Source: Orbicella franksi (Eukaryota). Taken from it: a stretch of 64,000 bases of DNA. The position numbers and the translations under genes are program-made. The notes beneath the pieces were generated by a model. It searched no databases and had not been told where the DNA came from. It saw only the letters and a list, made by a program, of their open reading frames with translations. Shown here one piece after another: positions 14,254 through 28,183 of the stretch (within the stretch, counting starts at the first letter, position 1; each line of letters begins with the position of its first letter). Where the stretch lies: contig OZ116701.1 in NCBI GenBank assembly GCA_964199315.1, forward strand, positions 29,946,001 to 30,010,000. Reading direction: 5' to 3'.

Positions 14254-15146
14254 GCCCACAATGTAAACTACTGGGTTACCAATAATTGTGTCAGCTATTA
14301 AAGTGTTTTATTTATTTATTAAAACCTTATTCTAATCCTCACAAAATTATATGAGGGCTTGTTAACATCGCCAAAATATTCCTACTTTTTAAAAAGAAAA
14401 TATAGCCTATAGGTCTAAGAATATTAAAAAGAACAAGAAGTTCCGAAATTAATTGGATTTTTTTCAGTGCAGCATACACGAATAAAACCATTAAAATGCC
14501 GAAATGTAAATCTACTACGTGCTTAATGAAATAAACGTAGATTTCAGAAAAAAAAAAAACAAGATGATAACACAAGACACAATTGTGCGACTAATTGCCC
14601 AGGGCTAATTGCGTTTCCCTTCGGGCTGGTAAGTAGGTATGGTATACTTAAACTTCAGCAGCCCATTAAGAAACAACATGCCACGACTCTTGTTCTAATC
14701 TGGTGTTAGTGACAACTGGAACAGCGAACGTGACTAAAAATTTGCTTGACTTTTTGTTTTCCCTGTTTGATTTTCTGCAAGCAAAGAAGGCATCTTGGTT
14801 TCGCAATTTCATCATATTTCCCGAAGGGCAGGCCCAACATTTCGATTTTTAGACGCAAATTGCTTACAGTTGAGCACCTTAACAAAAGACAAAAACATAT
14901 TAGGAAACATCTTTGCTTTATGATACCACTTCATCAATACCGTTCAGCTTCACAGGGAAACATCAGAGGCTGATTGCACGTGAAGATAATAAACATTTAT
15001 TATAAACAAAACAAGCACCTCGGCTTGCATTTACCCCGATCATGACCCAATTTAATTATTTAAGAGTTGACATAACTCTTTTGCTCGTAGAAAACTAAAC
15101 TTAAAAGTTTGCAGTGCTCTTAAGAATCGTTGGTGTCGTGATCTAC

Positions 15147-16834
15147 CTGATCTCAAACGATTTCTCATTGAAATAACTGCACGCAAAACTACGAGTAACA
15201 AAAGATCCTGGGCTCACTGAGGGAATATCGTCATGCAAAAATAGTGCATCAAGCATTAAAAGTTTATAAAGAAACAGTCATAAAACACAAAACAGTTCAG
15301 TAACAATAATTTTCAAAAAGGAAATAACAGTTTCACATTTACAAAGTGTGTTTCGACAACTGAAGATAACATATGAACGTCGAGACACGTTTTGCATAGT
15401 AAAAAAATGCTGATTCCTTTTTGAAAATGATAGAGAAATAAAATTAGTTGCCTGACCTTCAAATATGACAATGATCAATTCTGCCATAGAAATGATCACT
15501 TGAAAAACAGAAACAGATGACGAAAGATTTGAGCCTTTTCAACTATTTTCTTTCTAAATATGCTACCAGAAGATATTACAAGATACTCAGCGGATTACTT
15601 AACGAAAACACCAATGTACAAACTTATCTAAGGAAGCAATTCAAAGGTGCACGACACGAGATTCCTCCAATTAATTTTCATGTTCTGTTGCACACCCAAG
15701 CGGCAACCTTTCAAAAGGGTATATTTCTAAATTAAACCTGCGACTAGGAAAAAAGCGGCTGCATTGCTGGAAAAGGAGGTTTAATATTTTTTTGCGATTT
15801 CCAGCTCCTCATTTTAAATTAACTCGTTGCTAAAAAGACACCTGCTCAAGATTTTAGTAAATTGTTCCCTCTGATTATCCATCACTGACCACGATGCCAC
15901 AATCAACAAAATTTTCTGTGCAATAGTAAAACTGGAAAATGGGAGGCATACTTGAGGGTAGTTTTTATGTACTCTGTTCGACAAAATGATCTTTCATCAG
16001 ACTTAACAATTTGATTTTCACTTTAAAGATGAATGAGGACGTAGCACAAATTCTAATAAGTAATAAGTTAGTATATTTTCTACCCGCGTTATTAATTCAC
16101 ATAGTCTTAACTCAACGTTTTAATGGACACATAACTTTGACACTTCCATACCTTTTCAACGTAAAAGAAATTACACATTCAACCAAGGTAATGTGAGAAA
16201 AAATCCCTCAGACTGTTCAGGGCCTTTGTTTCACAAAATAAAATATTGATTGAAAACACTTTCTTTGTGCATACGAAATTACAAGGTGCTCTTTTTGTCG
16301 AAACTACGGAAATGTGGAAACGAGGAATGCTTTAACCAATACTTCAGTTTGTAGTATCGTATAAAAAAAAACATAAGGGTTGGTACGTGACCTTCGTACA
16401 AGCGCTTCCTAATTACATGAGGACATGACGGTTACAAATTTGCCTTCGACGAAAGGCACCTAAGATTACACTACGTCCCACGAAGCGAATACTAAATCGT
16501 TTTCCAGACAAAAAATGAGCTAAAATTGACTATTTCCTCTCCTTAAAATGTGAAAATTAAATGATGTCGAGATAATATTTTCTACAACAAATTTTTGGAA
16601 TGGACGGAAAAATGACCTTTCTGGTAAACCTCAAGCTGATAGAGTGTGTTTCATTTTGCCGCTTGTTTCTAAATAAGAACTAAAAAACGACATTTCAGTA
16701 ATAATGTCGTTTGAACTCTTAAAATATTCATTAAATACGAAGACAACTCTACGTGACCTCAAAGGATTTCCCATCGAAATAACTGCACGCAAAACTTTGC
16801 GTAACAAAAGATCCTGGGCTCGTGGAGGGAAATC
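15147..16834 (+). repeat. Pair of ~80-bp direct repeats (15147-15229 and 16754-16834)
   Basis: Both contain gaaataactgcacgcaaaact..gtaacaaaagatcctgggctc..gagggaa. Confidence 0.85.
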
Positions 16835-19800
16835 ATTGAATCTTCTCTAATATGAATCGAATTCTCTCGCAGGAATCGTCTTGGGGAGCGCACGGTTTCG
16901 AAAATGCTCGATGCTTACGCCGGCGGATTGATAACAGATTTCATTCAGTTGTTGACATCACGGAAAACAAACAATTTATTCATCCTTATCAGAATAAATA
17001 TCTGCCCTCGAATCTATTAAAACGGGCGACGTAGGCAGGTGTCGCTGGCAAAGTGACCATAAATTACTTTTTCAAAACGGCATAATGGTAAACTGCGGAA
17101 CATTGCAAGCAACGCCTGATAACATTCACACTCAAGTGGAAACAACGAGCGAGCAAGACGGAGTATCGATAAAGGTATGGAAATTTATGTACACGCGTGA
17201 AGTGCAAACCTAACCCTTAACAAAACCGAGCCAAAGAGGAAGGATTTATAACTCCGGTAAGCCTTGGCCTTAATTATAACAATAATTTCGCTATCTGTAA
17301 CAACAAAGCACATTGCTCCCGGCTAGCCGCCCTCGTTGAAGGTTAAACTCAGAAACGAATCTAAGCAAGCAATCTTTTTTTTTCGTTTATTAGCGTTTTG
17401 CGAAATCGTTCTGGGCGTGTTTCATAAACAAGGGACATTTAACTCACCCGATGTTGAACATAGGGCTGTTTCTGGGCGAGAAGAACCCAGAGGCAAAATC
17501 ATTTGACGTTGGATTGACCGCTTTCGCAACAGAAGCGCGATCAGAATCAAGTGACTTAGGCAATACTTGTAAGAGAAACTATCTTGCACTTTCAAAAAGA
17601 ACTACTATAAGCAAGCTAAATCACTGCCTCGCACATCAGAGCATATCATGATCTTCCTTAGTGGATAATACTCAAATTATCAACGGGGAGTCCTGAAAAC
17701 CAAGAACAAGAATCTTTCCGCGGAAATCTTTAGATTCCCACATAGATTTCGTCTCCTGCAACGTTTTGCAACAATACGTTTGAAAATTTAATACGTTTTA
17801 GTAGTTTTGTTGCTGACGAGGACAATGTGATCATATACACTGACGAGTAATGAAATATCACCCGGCTTTACTTCCTTGGAAATAACGCGCACGCAAGGTA
17901 AAAAACGCACAAATTAGGTTTTGAATATCAGGATTGGCGTTTGCAAAAATTGCATTTTACAGCGAATGCTGAATCATTCAATTTGTAATGAATAAGTACC
18001 GGCTAAGGATTTCCACTCGACCCCGACTCTCACAAGAAAAACACAAAACCAAATCTGTGTTCGGAAAATCAAGATTGTTTCTATAAATGCTCTCTATGAA
18101 AAATTATGTGAGTGGGCAAAAGACATACTCCAATTATGCAGAGCTCTGTTTACCACTGGTCAAGTCATTCTTGTCATGGTATACAGCCTTAAAAGCATGG
18201 CAGGGTAAGAACTGTTGATCAATGCTAGTTGGCGGCACACATAGAAAAACACTGAGCGAAAAAAAAGAATTGTTTTGTAAGAAAAGGCAACACCCCTCAA
18301 TACGCGAAAAAATGTTTTCACTAATGCAATAAAACAAGTCTGTTTCGTTCTTTTAGTTTTGACAGCAAGGTAAGGCTGAGTACTTTTGATCAATGATGAT
18401 AAAAAAGAATTGCTCTGTGAGAAAAGCTAACACGTTTAATTTGCAAAATACAGTGTCTGACGTAAACGAATACACACAAACTTTGACAATGAATTTTCTA
18501 CTCATTTTCAAAACGCTTTGTGTAATATCGTGTGTTTGATTCGACAAGTGCATGGAAAAAACATTTTACTCTGTAAGTGTTTTCAAACATTAGGTGCAGT
18601 TAAAAAAAAAAAAGGAAATATTTTTAAAAAGCAAAATAATTTCAACCAGGTAGTCATTTGACCGACAATTGGTTCGCAGAAGATCGATCATCGCCGGCTT
18701 GGGTCGAAAATCGTCATTTTTGTCACAGATAAGTGCTGAATAAGTGCTGAATAAGTGAGGAAGACATATCTACCGGTAGGTAATTTCCGTAAAAAGAGAT
18801 AATGAAAATAAGATCGTTGTCATTAGAGTTGCATTTTTTAATATCGTGTAGTGTCGTTTTGGAATAAAGAAAAAGAAGTGAACATCTTTGGCGTCATGTC
18901 CAACTGAAAGAAATCTAATTTGATTTTTAACCAGCTAATAATTATGAGCTTTCATACTGCTAGTTGTCTACGAAATAATAACCCAGTTTGAGTTGACCCT
19001 TGTCAAAAACACTGCAAGCACCAAGCTATGTTATGTCTTCCGGTCCTGTCAGAGTTTTACATTGGTGAAATCTAAAACCAGCAGGAAAATCAAAAAGCAA
19101 TCTGAATTTGAAGTGGGAACGCTTAATAGTGGCAAATACCGAGTAATATCACGTTTTGCAGTGAACCGGTTAACAGTTCTTCTTAATCGCCTTGGCTTTA
19201 TTTGTTTAGCTGAGGGTTGCTTTTCATTTGAGTACTGGTAACCGCTTACTATCCTTTGAGTAAATGCCCTGATATTTGTGTTCATGTATGAAATGTCTCT
19301 GTTCTTATGAGAACAGTTGTTTTCGAGAGTGAAGCCTGAGGAAAACTGAGGTTATAGGAAGAGTTAATGCACAAAGAAAATATCCGAACATAGTTTCCAA
19401 GTTAAACGAGAATTATCGTCTTTATTGTCCTTCAAATACTTTTTTCCATATGGCCACATTGTTTGAGAAATCTCGGCCACGCTATGAAACGTCAAAGTAT
19501 TTTAGCTCGCGTTCAAAGAAATCTTAACTTAGAGGATATCCCAGAGTATACCTCTCTCTAAGTGTGTTTTCATGCTACGTCTTAATAACTTAATGCCTCT
19601 TAGGTTTTCCGTGGGCTGAAGACAACCTTGTTAAGCGTAAACAGAATGACCCCAAATAACAGAATTGACTTGTCTGGTACATCTATTGCATTTCTACTTC
19701 CTTTTTGGTTCATGCATGAAATACGTTTGCCAGCCCTTACTAAATATGGTAAATGGACGATAGGCGTATTTACAATATGATTATAGCAGTCAATATTACT

Positions 19801-21530
19801 TGAGACGACTGAAAGCATTGAATATTTTAGCACCTTCCTGTCAAAACGAACAAAACGCCATAATTAACTAAGTAATATATTAAGTTAAATGAATCATTAA
19901 ATGGAAGCTGCGTCACAACATGAAAAAAACTGAATTAGCACAAATTAATGACACGAAACGATTTACCAAAAATTTTGAAAACTGACTCAATTTCGCCCGG
20001 AAAATGGAAATCTATTTTCAAAATAAATCATTCAGGCCGACTTTATTCAGTAAGACGTGTTACTTTATATTTAGTGGACGCTTGTCCTTTCAATAGAGGA
20101 TTGAAGCTGTTAAATCAGAAAAATGAATCTTTGAGAAGCCAACACTCAAAATTTCGCGACAGGGTTGTCAAAAATCACCTTTATCAGTGAAGTTCTCTTT
20201 ACGGAGCACTTTCTTTCTCTGCGTCCGCGTAGCTATGACCTACCACTTCCGTGAACTTGCGATCAGATCTAATTTGGGATTCATCATCTGGTCCATTTAG
20301 AAAAAAGTGATGAGGTAATACCATAGTAAGATAATGAGAAATTTAATGAAATAATTATTCCATTCCCAAGGCTTGGTAAATGGGACGTGATTATAACCAA
20401 CTCGCCACTACGCGCTGGGCTTGTTATTTCTAATCGCTTATACAACGCGCGACATGGTGGCTATGTATATCATTAATGTTTAAAAGCCGCCATTTATCAT
20501 GACTTTGTAACAAAAAAGATAGATAAATTCTGAGTTTTGCCTTAAGAAATAGAATGAGATTTTGGATTGTACGTGTCTTTGTACGAGAAATGTAATTCAA
20601 AGTATTAGAATTGTGTGGCAAATTACAACGATCAAATGAGATATTTCATTAATTTTTTACGTCACAGCCGCTGGAGCGGCTGAATTACGAATTACTTTAC
20701 AATAAAAAAAGAATTATATTATACAAGGAAAAATATGCAAACTATTTGTGATTAAAAATATGGCTCATAATAAAAGTGTTCCTAAACCTATGTGTCTTAC
20801 AAATCGGTAATTAGAGAGAGAGAGTGAGATAAGAATGGGAGTTTTAAGAAAGTTCGTCACCAGACGAACTTTCACTAGGCAGGTAAGCGGATGATAAAGT
20901 AAATCAGTAAGATCGAAAGGTCAGTAAGCTGCTTCAAGCTTCGTAACATTCCCTATTAATATTGTAAATTTTAGAGGTGAAAGCTTTAAAACAAAATTGC
21001 ACAGAATCTTTCGATAGGGAGATATCTGCGGAGTCAACGAAACGACTGATATTCGTTGTACGAATGCCATTTGACAAGCTTCGAGATACTAGAAGAAAAT
21101 CCGTGATCAGTTGATTTTGATTCAAAAGAAAAAGCATTTAAACTAGCGTATCCGGAATCACAGGGAGAAAACGTTGTACAGCTTGCTGTGTATTAATGTT
21201 AAAACCACCATGGGGTAAAATGGACCCGGGAGATGTGCAAAATAGAGTAATTACCCTTGAAGCAATTATCATATATAAAGCATCACAATCTGCACAATTT
21301 CTTCGAATCTTTGAGGGCAACGCACCTATCTGCCGACTGGACATACCATACCCTTTAATCTTTACAACGTTGCGGAGATGTTGTTTGGGCGAATATCGTG
21401 TCAAAACCGAAGCAAAGATTCTAGACAGACAAAATTGGTTCAGAACTTGTAAACGTCTGCAACATTTGAACTCATTATGCATTAGTGAGTGTGGCAATGC
21501 AAACGCTCGTGCTTATACTGGTAAAAAAAA

Positions 21531-21549
21531 ACACACACACACACACACA
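21531..21549. repeat. (AC)n microsatellite
   Basis: acacacacacacacacac. Confidence 0.9.
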
Positions 21550-23501
21550 CCAGCAGGACGCTGAAGAATTCTAGCACGTACGTCGCTTGAATTGAAGAGA
21601 AATTTTAAAAACAATTAGCCTCAGATGTATATCTGCCAAGGGTGCAAATCGGATTCAGATGGAGGTGTTTGACACAGACCTGTGAACTTGGCCCTTACTT
21701 CAAAATTAAATCGAGGATGCATAATCGACTGCAATCAATGAACGAACTAAAGCAAAACGAGAGGAGGTATCGTCTTTTGTCTTTCCTCAAATAAAACTAA
21801 GACACGAGGTTTAGTAGATGAGCTCTTGAGCTTAGACTTGTGGATTTCAGCACGATAATCTCAATTAATAACGGACTTATACTTGGGGTCATGCCGTTAT
21901 GTTATGGAGGCATGCCACAGAGTCATGCCACGAAGACATAAAAATAAGCGTATTTGTTTATTCTTCTTCGTTGCATTACACAGAACTTGAGAGTCTCCTC
22001 TAATTATAAAAGTTCTCGAGTAGTCGTAAAGAGCGGCGGTGTCCTGAAACACATATCGGGTCATAATTAACAAATAACGATCGGTGCAGTTAAAGAAAAC
22101 TGTGGGTGATCGGTTAAAATAGAACCATTTTACAAAAGAACCAAGCTTGCTTTAAAAGGTTCATCTCGATATCCTGCCGTCAGCTCAAGACCATTGAGAG
22201 AGCCGGTATGTAGCCAGTCATAGCTTCGTATTTTATGAGTAAATTCTAGCAATTATGATCAACTTTTTGTGCAATGCTGAAACTTATTTTAAGTAGCTTG
22301 TGCTACCCTGGACTCTTTGACCCGCAGCCAACCACATTTCTAACCATCTACCCGAGTCACGGCGAGTCTTTTCTTTCGATATTACATCGAGTTACTTTAG
22401 CACGTTTCAAAAGAAGTAAAGGTGTAATTGTTTGTAGGTGAACCAAATATAAATAACAAGTTAAGGGCATGTAATTCACCTCAAACTCGGGGTGCTGCCG
22501 TTTCGAACTTTCTTTTTCACTTTGTAGTTCGAGTCCACAGTAACTCGAAATCTACTGAAGCTGGAAGCGTCCAATGCTGGACAAAGTGAATAAATTTTCT
22601 TAGTCCACAAGGTGGTAATGAATTTGTAGACCAAAATTTAAAATCTTAATTAATTACCATCTAAATACTGAAACTGAAATTAAACGAGGTACGACTCAAA
22701 GAGAAGCCGACCTAGGAAGAACAATTCAGGTCGGACGCGAAAGAGATTATCGGCATGCTATATTTAGCAGTAATTTTAACAGGTATTGATGGACAGTGAT
22801 CTTGTCAACGCAGTGTTTTCTTTACATAGCAATGTTTTAACATGGAGCGAAAGTGAAATTTGAAGCCAAAATATCTCGTTCAGTCCTGAATGTGACGTTT
22901 TCACCTAGGCATTTTCACAGATGTTTAATACTAACAAACTGAAAGAGCGAAATTCAAACTTAGAAGGCACTGAGCGTTTTAGAGAAAAGAAAACACTGAC
23001 ACACAAAACACATGATCAACGTAGCATTCAGTTTCTCTTAGAACCAAATTTTTAGGTTGCACTTCATCTAACAAAACAATACTGACAAACAGGAGAAAGC
23101 CACACTCCTATTTCTAAATACTGTTGCGTTCATGTGGAGGACAGTTTACATAAAAAGAACTTTTAACAATGAAATTTAAAACGAAGCGGATGTACAATAT
23201 TTATTTGTAATCCCAAGGTATTTTTATTCTAATTTCAATTTGCAACTTTGCAATTACAGAAAACCATTTTGCGAAGCTATTAAAGGAAAAAAGCAAAGAA
23301 TGAATTAGAATACAATTGAAAACACTGTATTTTGAACTGGTCAGCTGGCAATGGCTTTATATTTTGTTCGATCAATTCTAGTCTATAGAAACTTCAAAAG
23401 GGTACTTGTGGATCTAGCAATCCACGGCGGCGAAAGGTTTCTGAGGAACTGATATAGAGTTACTATTCCATGTCGCCAATGTGCTCTTCAGTTAAGAAAT
23501 A

Positions 23502-23765
23502 GCCTGCGGCTCGTGTTCCCACATCATTTCTCGTTCTCCCAAACTTTCACTCGTGTTTCTATGACTCGATAGAAGCACGGTACATGTTTTCTATTTCTTT
23601 TAGAAAATAACGCGACGAAAAAAAGGAAAACATCTTGTTAACTTTGATTGTCAGAGTGCAAATTCTCTTTGCTCGCGCCATCATTACGTCAACAGCTCGT
23701 CCTAGTTCTGTGTTTCCCTCGAATTATAGAAACACGATTTTTAGTTTCTTAGGACTGTTTTCTAA
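23502..23765. mobile_element. Dispersed repeat with internal inverted repeats
   Basis: tcgtgtttctatgactcgatagaagcac (23551-23578) is inverted relative to gtgtttccctcgaattatagaaacacga (23710-23737). Confidence 0.5.
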
Positions 23766-26700
23766 CATATTTTAACATAAATTTCTTACTGGGCATTTCA
23801 ACGTGAAAGATCCTATTTCTATATGACAGATAAAAAAAGAAAAACAGGAAAAAAATTAAATTGAAGTGTCTCCTACAATTCCCACCTTTTTACAAATGAA
23901 GGTTTGGTTTGCACGAAGATGTCTTTTCGATTAGGATTTGCTTTCGTCATAAAATTGTCTAATTAATTTTCTAGAGGTACAAACAGCATCTTTAGAATAA
24001 CATATTATAATTACCTTTGTCCTAAAGGAGTGTATTCCATATTTTTGCAAAAAAAAATTAGAAGTAGCTCGAGTAGCTATTTAAGTACTGGTATTTCAAA
24101 AGAGCGAGGTTATTAACCGCGTCCGTTTGCTTTACTTGAAAAATTCTAGTCGAGAATCACAGAACGTTTGGTCTTGTTATGGGACACCACAAACAAAATA
24201 TGAGACGTGCTCATAATTGGCAAAGCCATTGACTTCATTTACATAAACATAGGTTGAAGTAAGAACAGCAGAAATTTCCCAAAAAAAGGCATTTCATTTC
24301 AGGAAACATGTTTATCTTCGCACTTACTGATTTTGTTAAGTGAGGATTTAGTCGGGTTATTTTTCTCGATTGTTTGCTACAGTGTTGAGTTACAGGGACC
24401 AAACCTTAAATATATGAATATATTTATCAAACATCTCATATTCATAACAAAATGGAGGATTTAAGAACAATATAGAGTACCTTCTCGATGAAAAAAAAAT
24501 GATTTAAGCTTTAATCTGTTCCGCAAAAGGCTCTCTGTTTCCCCACAACTTACTTTTAGTCCAACTAAATGTTAAAGCAAATTGTAACTATTATTTTGGA
24601 GGGAGGAGGGGGCGGGGGCGGGAAAAGGCAGCTAGCTTGTGTTATGCCAAATTTTTGCATTTTCTCTACTTCTACTACGGCCACTTCTTCGAGACATCAT
24701 TTTTCATGGCGTATCGATTTTTTTAGTTGATTGCTCTGCTTTCAAACTAACATGAAATCTTTCATCTAGGTTTTGTCTTAAAATCAAGAGTATTTTCTAT
24801 GTGAACGAGTTGTCAAAACGTGATCTGTCGCCATCTCATATCAAACCACTTTTTACACGTCTTCCTAATACACGGCCAACAATCCATCACTTCTGTCATC
24901 GCGGCTAAAAAATAATAAGAAAACAACTGATATTCGGTTTAATTAGACTGAGTACACCCGATGTGGAGTTACCACGATACCTCAGGTCTTATAAAGGTAT
25001 GCTGTCAATTTTCACCAGTAAGTTGTTTTACATACATCGTCTTCTGTAAAGGCTAAAAAAACTCACTTCCTAAAGCTCATAAGCATATGCCAATGTTTCA
25101 GTGTTGCCTTGAAAACAGACTTCAAAACATGTACACTCTTAAAGGCACTTTCACTGCACTCCAACGAAGTTGACATAAAGCAATGTTTGGATATGTGCCG
25201 GGGATTTTTGGATGTTCAAGGCTGAGTACATTCAATGACACTCGGTTACTTCAATATCCACTCGCAGGGAGGTCTGATAATGAAAATTTCGTTTTGGTCC
25301 ATAGATAAGAGAGTATTGATGTAGGCTGGAAAGATCTCCATTCTATCACGTAGTGGCAATACACTTTCATGAAGGTAAGTAGACAAGGCTTCCTCATTGC
25401 ATGTATTACCAACAAATTATTTTTGTTATTCCACGCTATAGGCCACTTGCAGACCATCCAACATTTTAAACACTAGTTCATTTGTTCATGTTTTTAAAGT
25501 GGTCGCCATGTTAAATTAAACGTCAGATACTCAAGCAAGGCTTATACTAGGCCTATGACTTCAGTTACAAGGCTGGAATCGCCAGTTTTGGGACATATGA
25601 TTCTGAGTTTGTCCAACGTAAAAGTGAAAAAGAGCAACTTGCAAAATGTAAGCTACTTAAAATTCAACAAAGCCAGACGTTGACAAAAACGAATTGGCTT
25701 TACTCAAAATATAAGAACAGAAATATAGAAAAATGAAAACAGAATCTGGTTATTCTCAAAAAAAAAAATATGTCCTGAAAATAACGTATATTGTAGCTTT
25801 GCGTCAATAAAAGGTAAAAATTGTGCTTCTTTGCATTTATCTCGACAAGTTTAATTAAAATAAAAACAGCCCCTGGTTGTTTGCACAACTTTTCTTTTAT
25901 TAAATTTGAAACCTTTCAACCCAAACTCAACATATTTCAGTCTCGTAATTAATTACCTTTCACTCCGTTTAGTTTTAGCTCAGTTTCGAGCAATTTGCTA
26001 GAACGTGCATCAAAAAATATACAGAGTTGATGATTTGATTCATTTTAAGCGGTTGTCTCTCTGACAACGTGTTTCATTACTTAAAGAAACTAACCGTCAT
26101 TTATGTTGGGAAATAATGGATAAGAAAAAAAAGAAGACACAAATTACTTGAACGAATCCTTAAGCATGTTCTGGAAAAGTCTTGAAAATATATTTTATAA
26201 TTCGTCTATAATTCACCATTACAATAAGCTCTTCTCCGTACGACAATTAAGTCCGTTAACACCAGCAGCTGGCAGTGCAAGGCACGTGCAATTCTTGAGT
26301 AATTTTCATTCGGTAGTTTCGATAACTGTGACTAGTATTTCGCAATGTCATTCAAACTGCTGCCAACAAAGCACAGGAGAGTGACACACATCAATTTCGG
26401 CTCTACAGTTAACACCTGACCAACGACATGTACGTACAAAGAGCGCATGAAAAGTACGTCGGTTCCACATGAAATGCTTCATTCGAAATGTAAATTGGCA
26501 CTGGCACATCCACGGCCGAGTGGCTTCGTCCACTGTTTCCAAATCGGATTAAAACTTTCCAATTCCTTACTGTGTTGTCCATTAGCTCGAAACAAGCTTA
26601 TGTTTTACATACATTGATCTACTTGCATGTAAATCAGATACCACAAGCTTTAAGAAATAGCCAATTTTTTTAGTCTTTAGACGTGAAAATAACAATTGTG

Positions 26701-27127
26701 TGCGCATCGATATGTATATGGGTCATCTTGGAAAGTAAGATGTGATTGCAAATTTTGAACTCGAAAGCTGGGCATTCTGACCAATTAATAAATTCCTCCC
26801 ATGCATAAGATACGTCAATCAGTCAAATTTGTTCAAATGTTGACGACATAAGCGTTGATATTTTAGGCGGCAGGATTTTAACCACTTAGATGACAATACT
26901 AAATTTATGCCAAGACCACTCTACAGTTGAACAAGGGACATACAATTGTTTAAAGTATTGAAAAATGTCTCATTTGAGTACAATTCTTTTACTCCGTTTT
27001 CACGTTGACGAAGAGCTTCAAGCACATTCAGCGTGGCTTCACTCGAGTGTGTTGATTCGTGGGCTGAAATTTAATGACCCTACTAAAACGAAGAGATAGG
27101 ATTAAATTGCGCAACAGATAAATCAAT

Positions 27128-27545
27128 AAATTCCCTATCAACCATTTTGTTAGCACTTTTTCGAACAAGGGCAAAATTAGGCGATTTACTCGGCACAAAC
27201 ATTTTGACATGTTTTGATTTTTCCCCTATAAATTAAGGAACTTGTTCAATGCAAAAGATGGTATAAAGCCAGTACACCCAGGTCACTGCCATCTCGTGTA
27301 CTAAGCATACAAGTTTTCTTGCGCAGGAAGTGATGGCTGTTATATCCAACAGCACCTTTCCACTGACAAAAATTCTCACATTCTTTATCATCTCAAAAGC
27401 CCAAAAGCTTCGAGCTTCTTGTTCTGAAGATTGTTTTCCCATCCTACAATTAGACACCTCCTCCCACCCTCTCTCAATTCCAGCTAAAAATCAAGGGGGT
27501 GCTTTATATTCATAAGGAAAAACCCTCACTCAATTAGCAAATTCT
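27128..27545 (+). mobile_element. Penelope-like retroelement coding remnant (RT end plus GIY-YIG endonuclease)
   Basis: With frameshifts: KFP..HF...KIRRF...YKLRNLFNAKD..PRSLPSRV.YKFSCAGSDGCYI..HLSTDKNSHIL.HL...CSEDCFPIL...FQLKIKGVLYIHKEKPSLN*QI. Confidence 0.88.
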
Positions 27546-27630
27546 GATATCAATCACTAACTATTTAGTCTTAAAGACTGATGCGCAGCCAGGATGAGAC
27601 ATAATCAAATTAAGATAAAACGTTCGCTGC

Positions 27631-27900
27631 CTAAAAAATTTCAAAAAAGAGCATGAGCTTTCGGCACACCTCTGCTACCAAGCATGTTGACAATAATTGT
27701 AAGCCGATTCCAAATCAGTATAGTATCCTTTTTAAACAATAGTCACCTAATTTACACATTTTTACTTCGCTTTTGTTCTTCTTCTTATTTTTATCTCGCC
27801 TTTTCTTGTATATATTTTATCATTTTGCATTCCATTTTTTATCCGTCGAAGGCTGCAGATTGACAGCCGAAAGCTCATGTTCTTTTTTGAAAGTTTTTAG
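27631..27900 (+). mobile_element. Penelope-type pLTR unit with 35-bp inverted arms and a degenerate hammerhead motif
   Basis: Arms 27631-27665 and 27866-27900 are near-perfect reverse complements. CCGTCGA-A-GGCTG-loop-CAGCC-GAAA-GCTC at 27843-27876. Confidence 0.7.
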
Positions 27901-28183
27901 CCAGCGAACGTTTTCATCTTAATTTTGATTGTTTAGTCTTGTTTGTCAATCAGTAAAAAAATTATCGTCACCCCTTAATGAGATATATTTTCCATTTTTC
28001 TTTTTACTTTGTCGTTAAATATATTTTAGTCAGATTCTACATATATTGTCACGTTGTAATTAACTACACTATTGCATCCTTCTTGCGACTATCTTGAAAA
28101 TCATCTCCTGCCTTCTGGTTATACGGAAAGTTTTATTTGTATTTTATTAGTACAGCGCAAGGAAAGACAACACCCTGGATATC

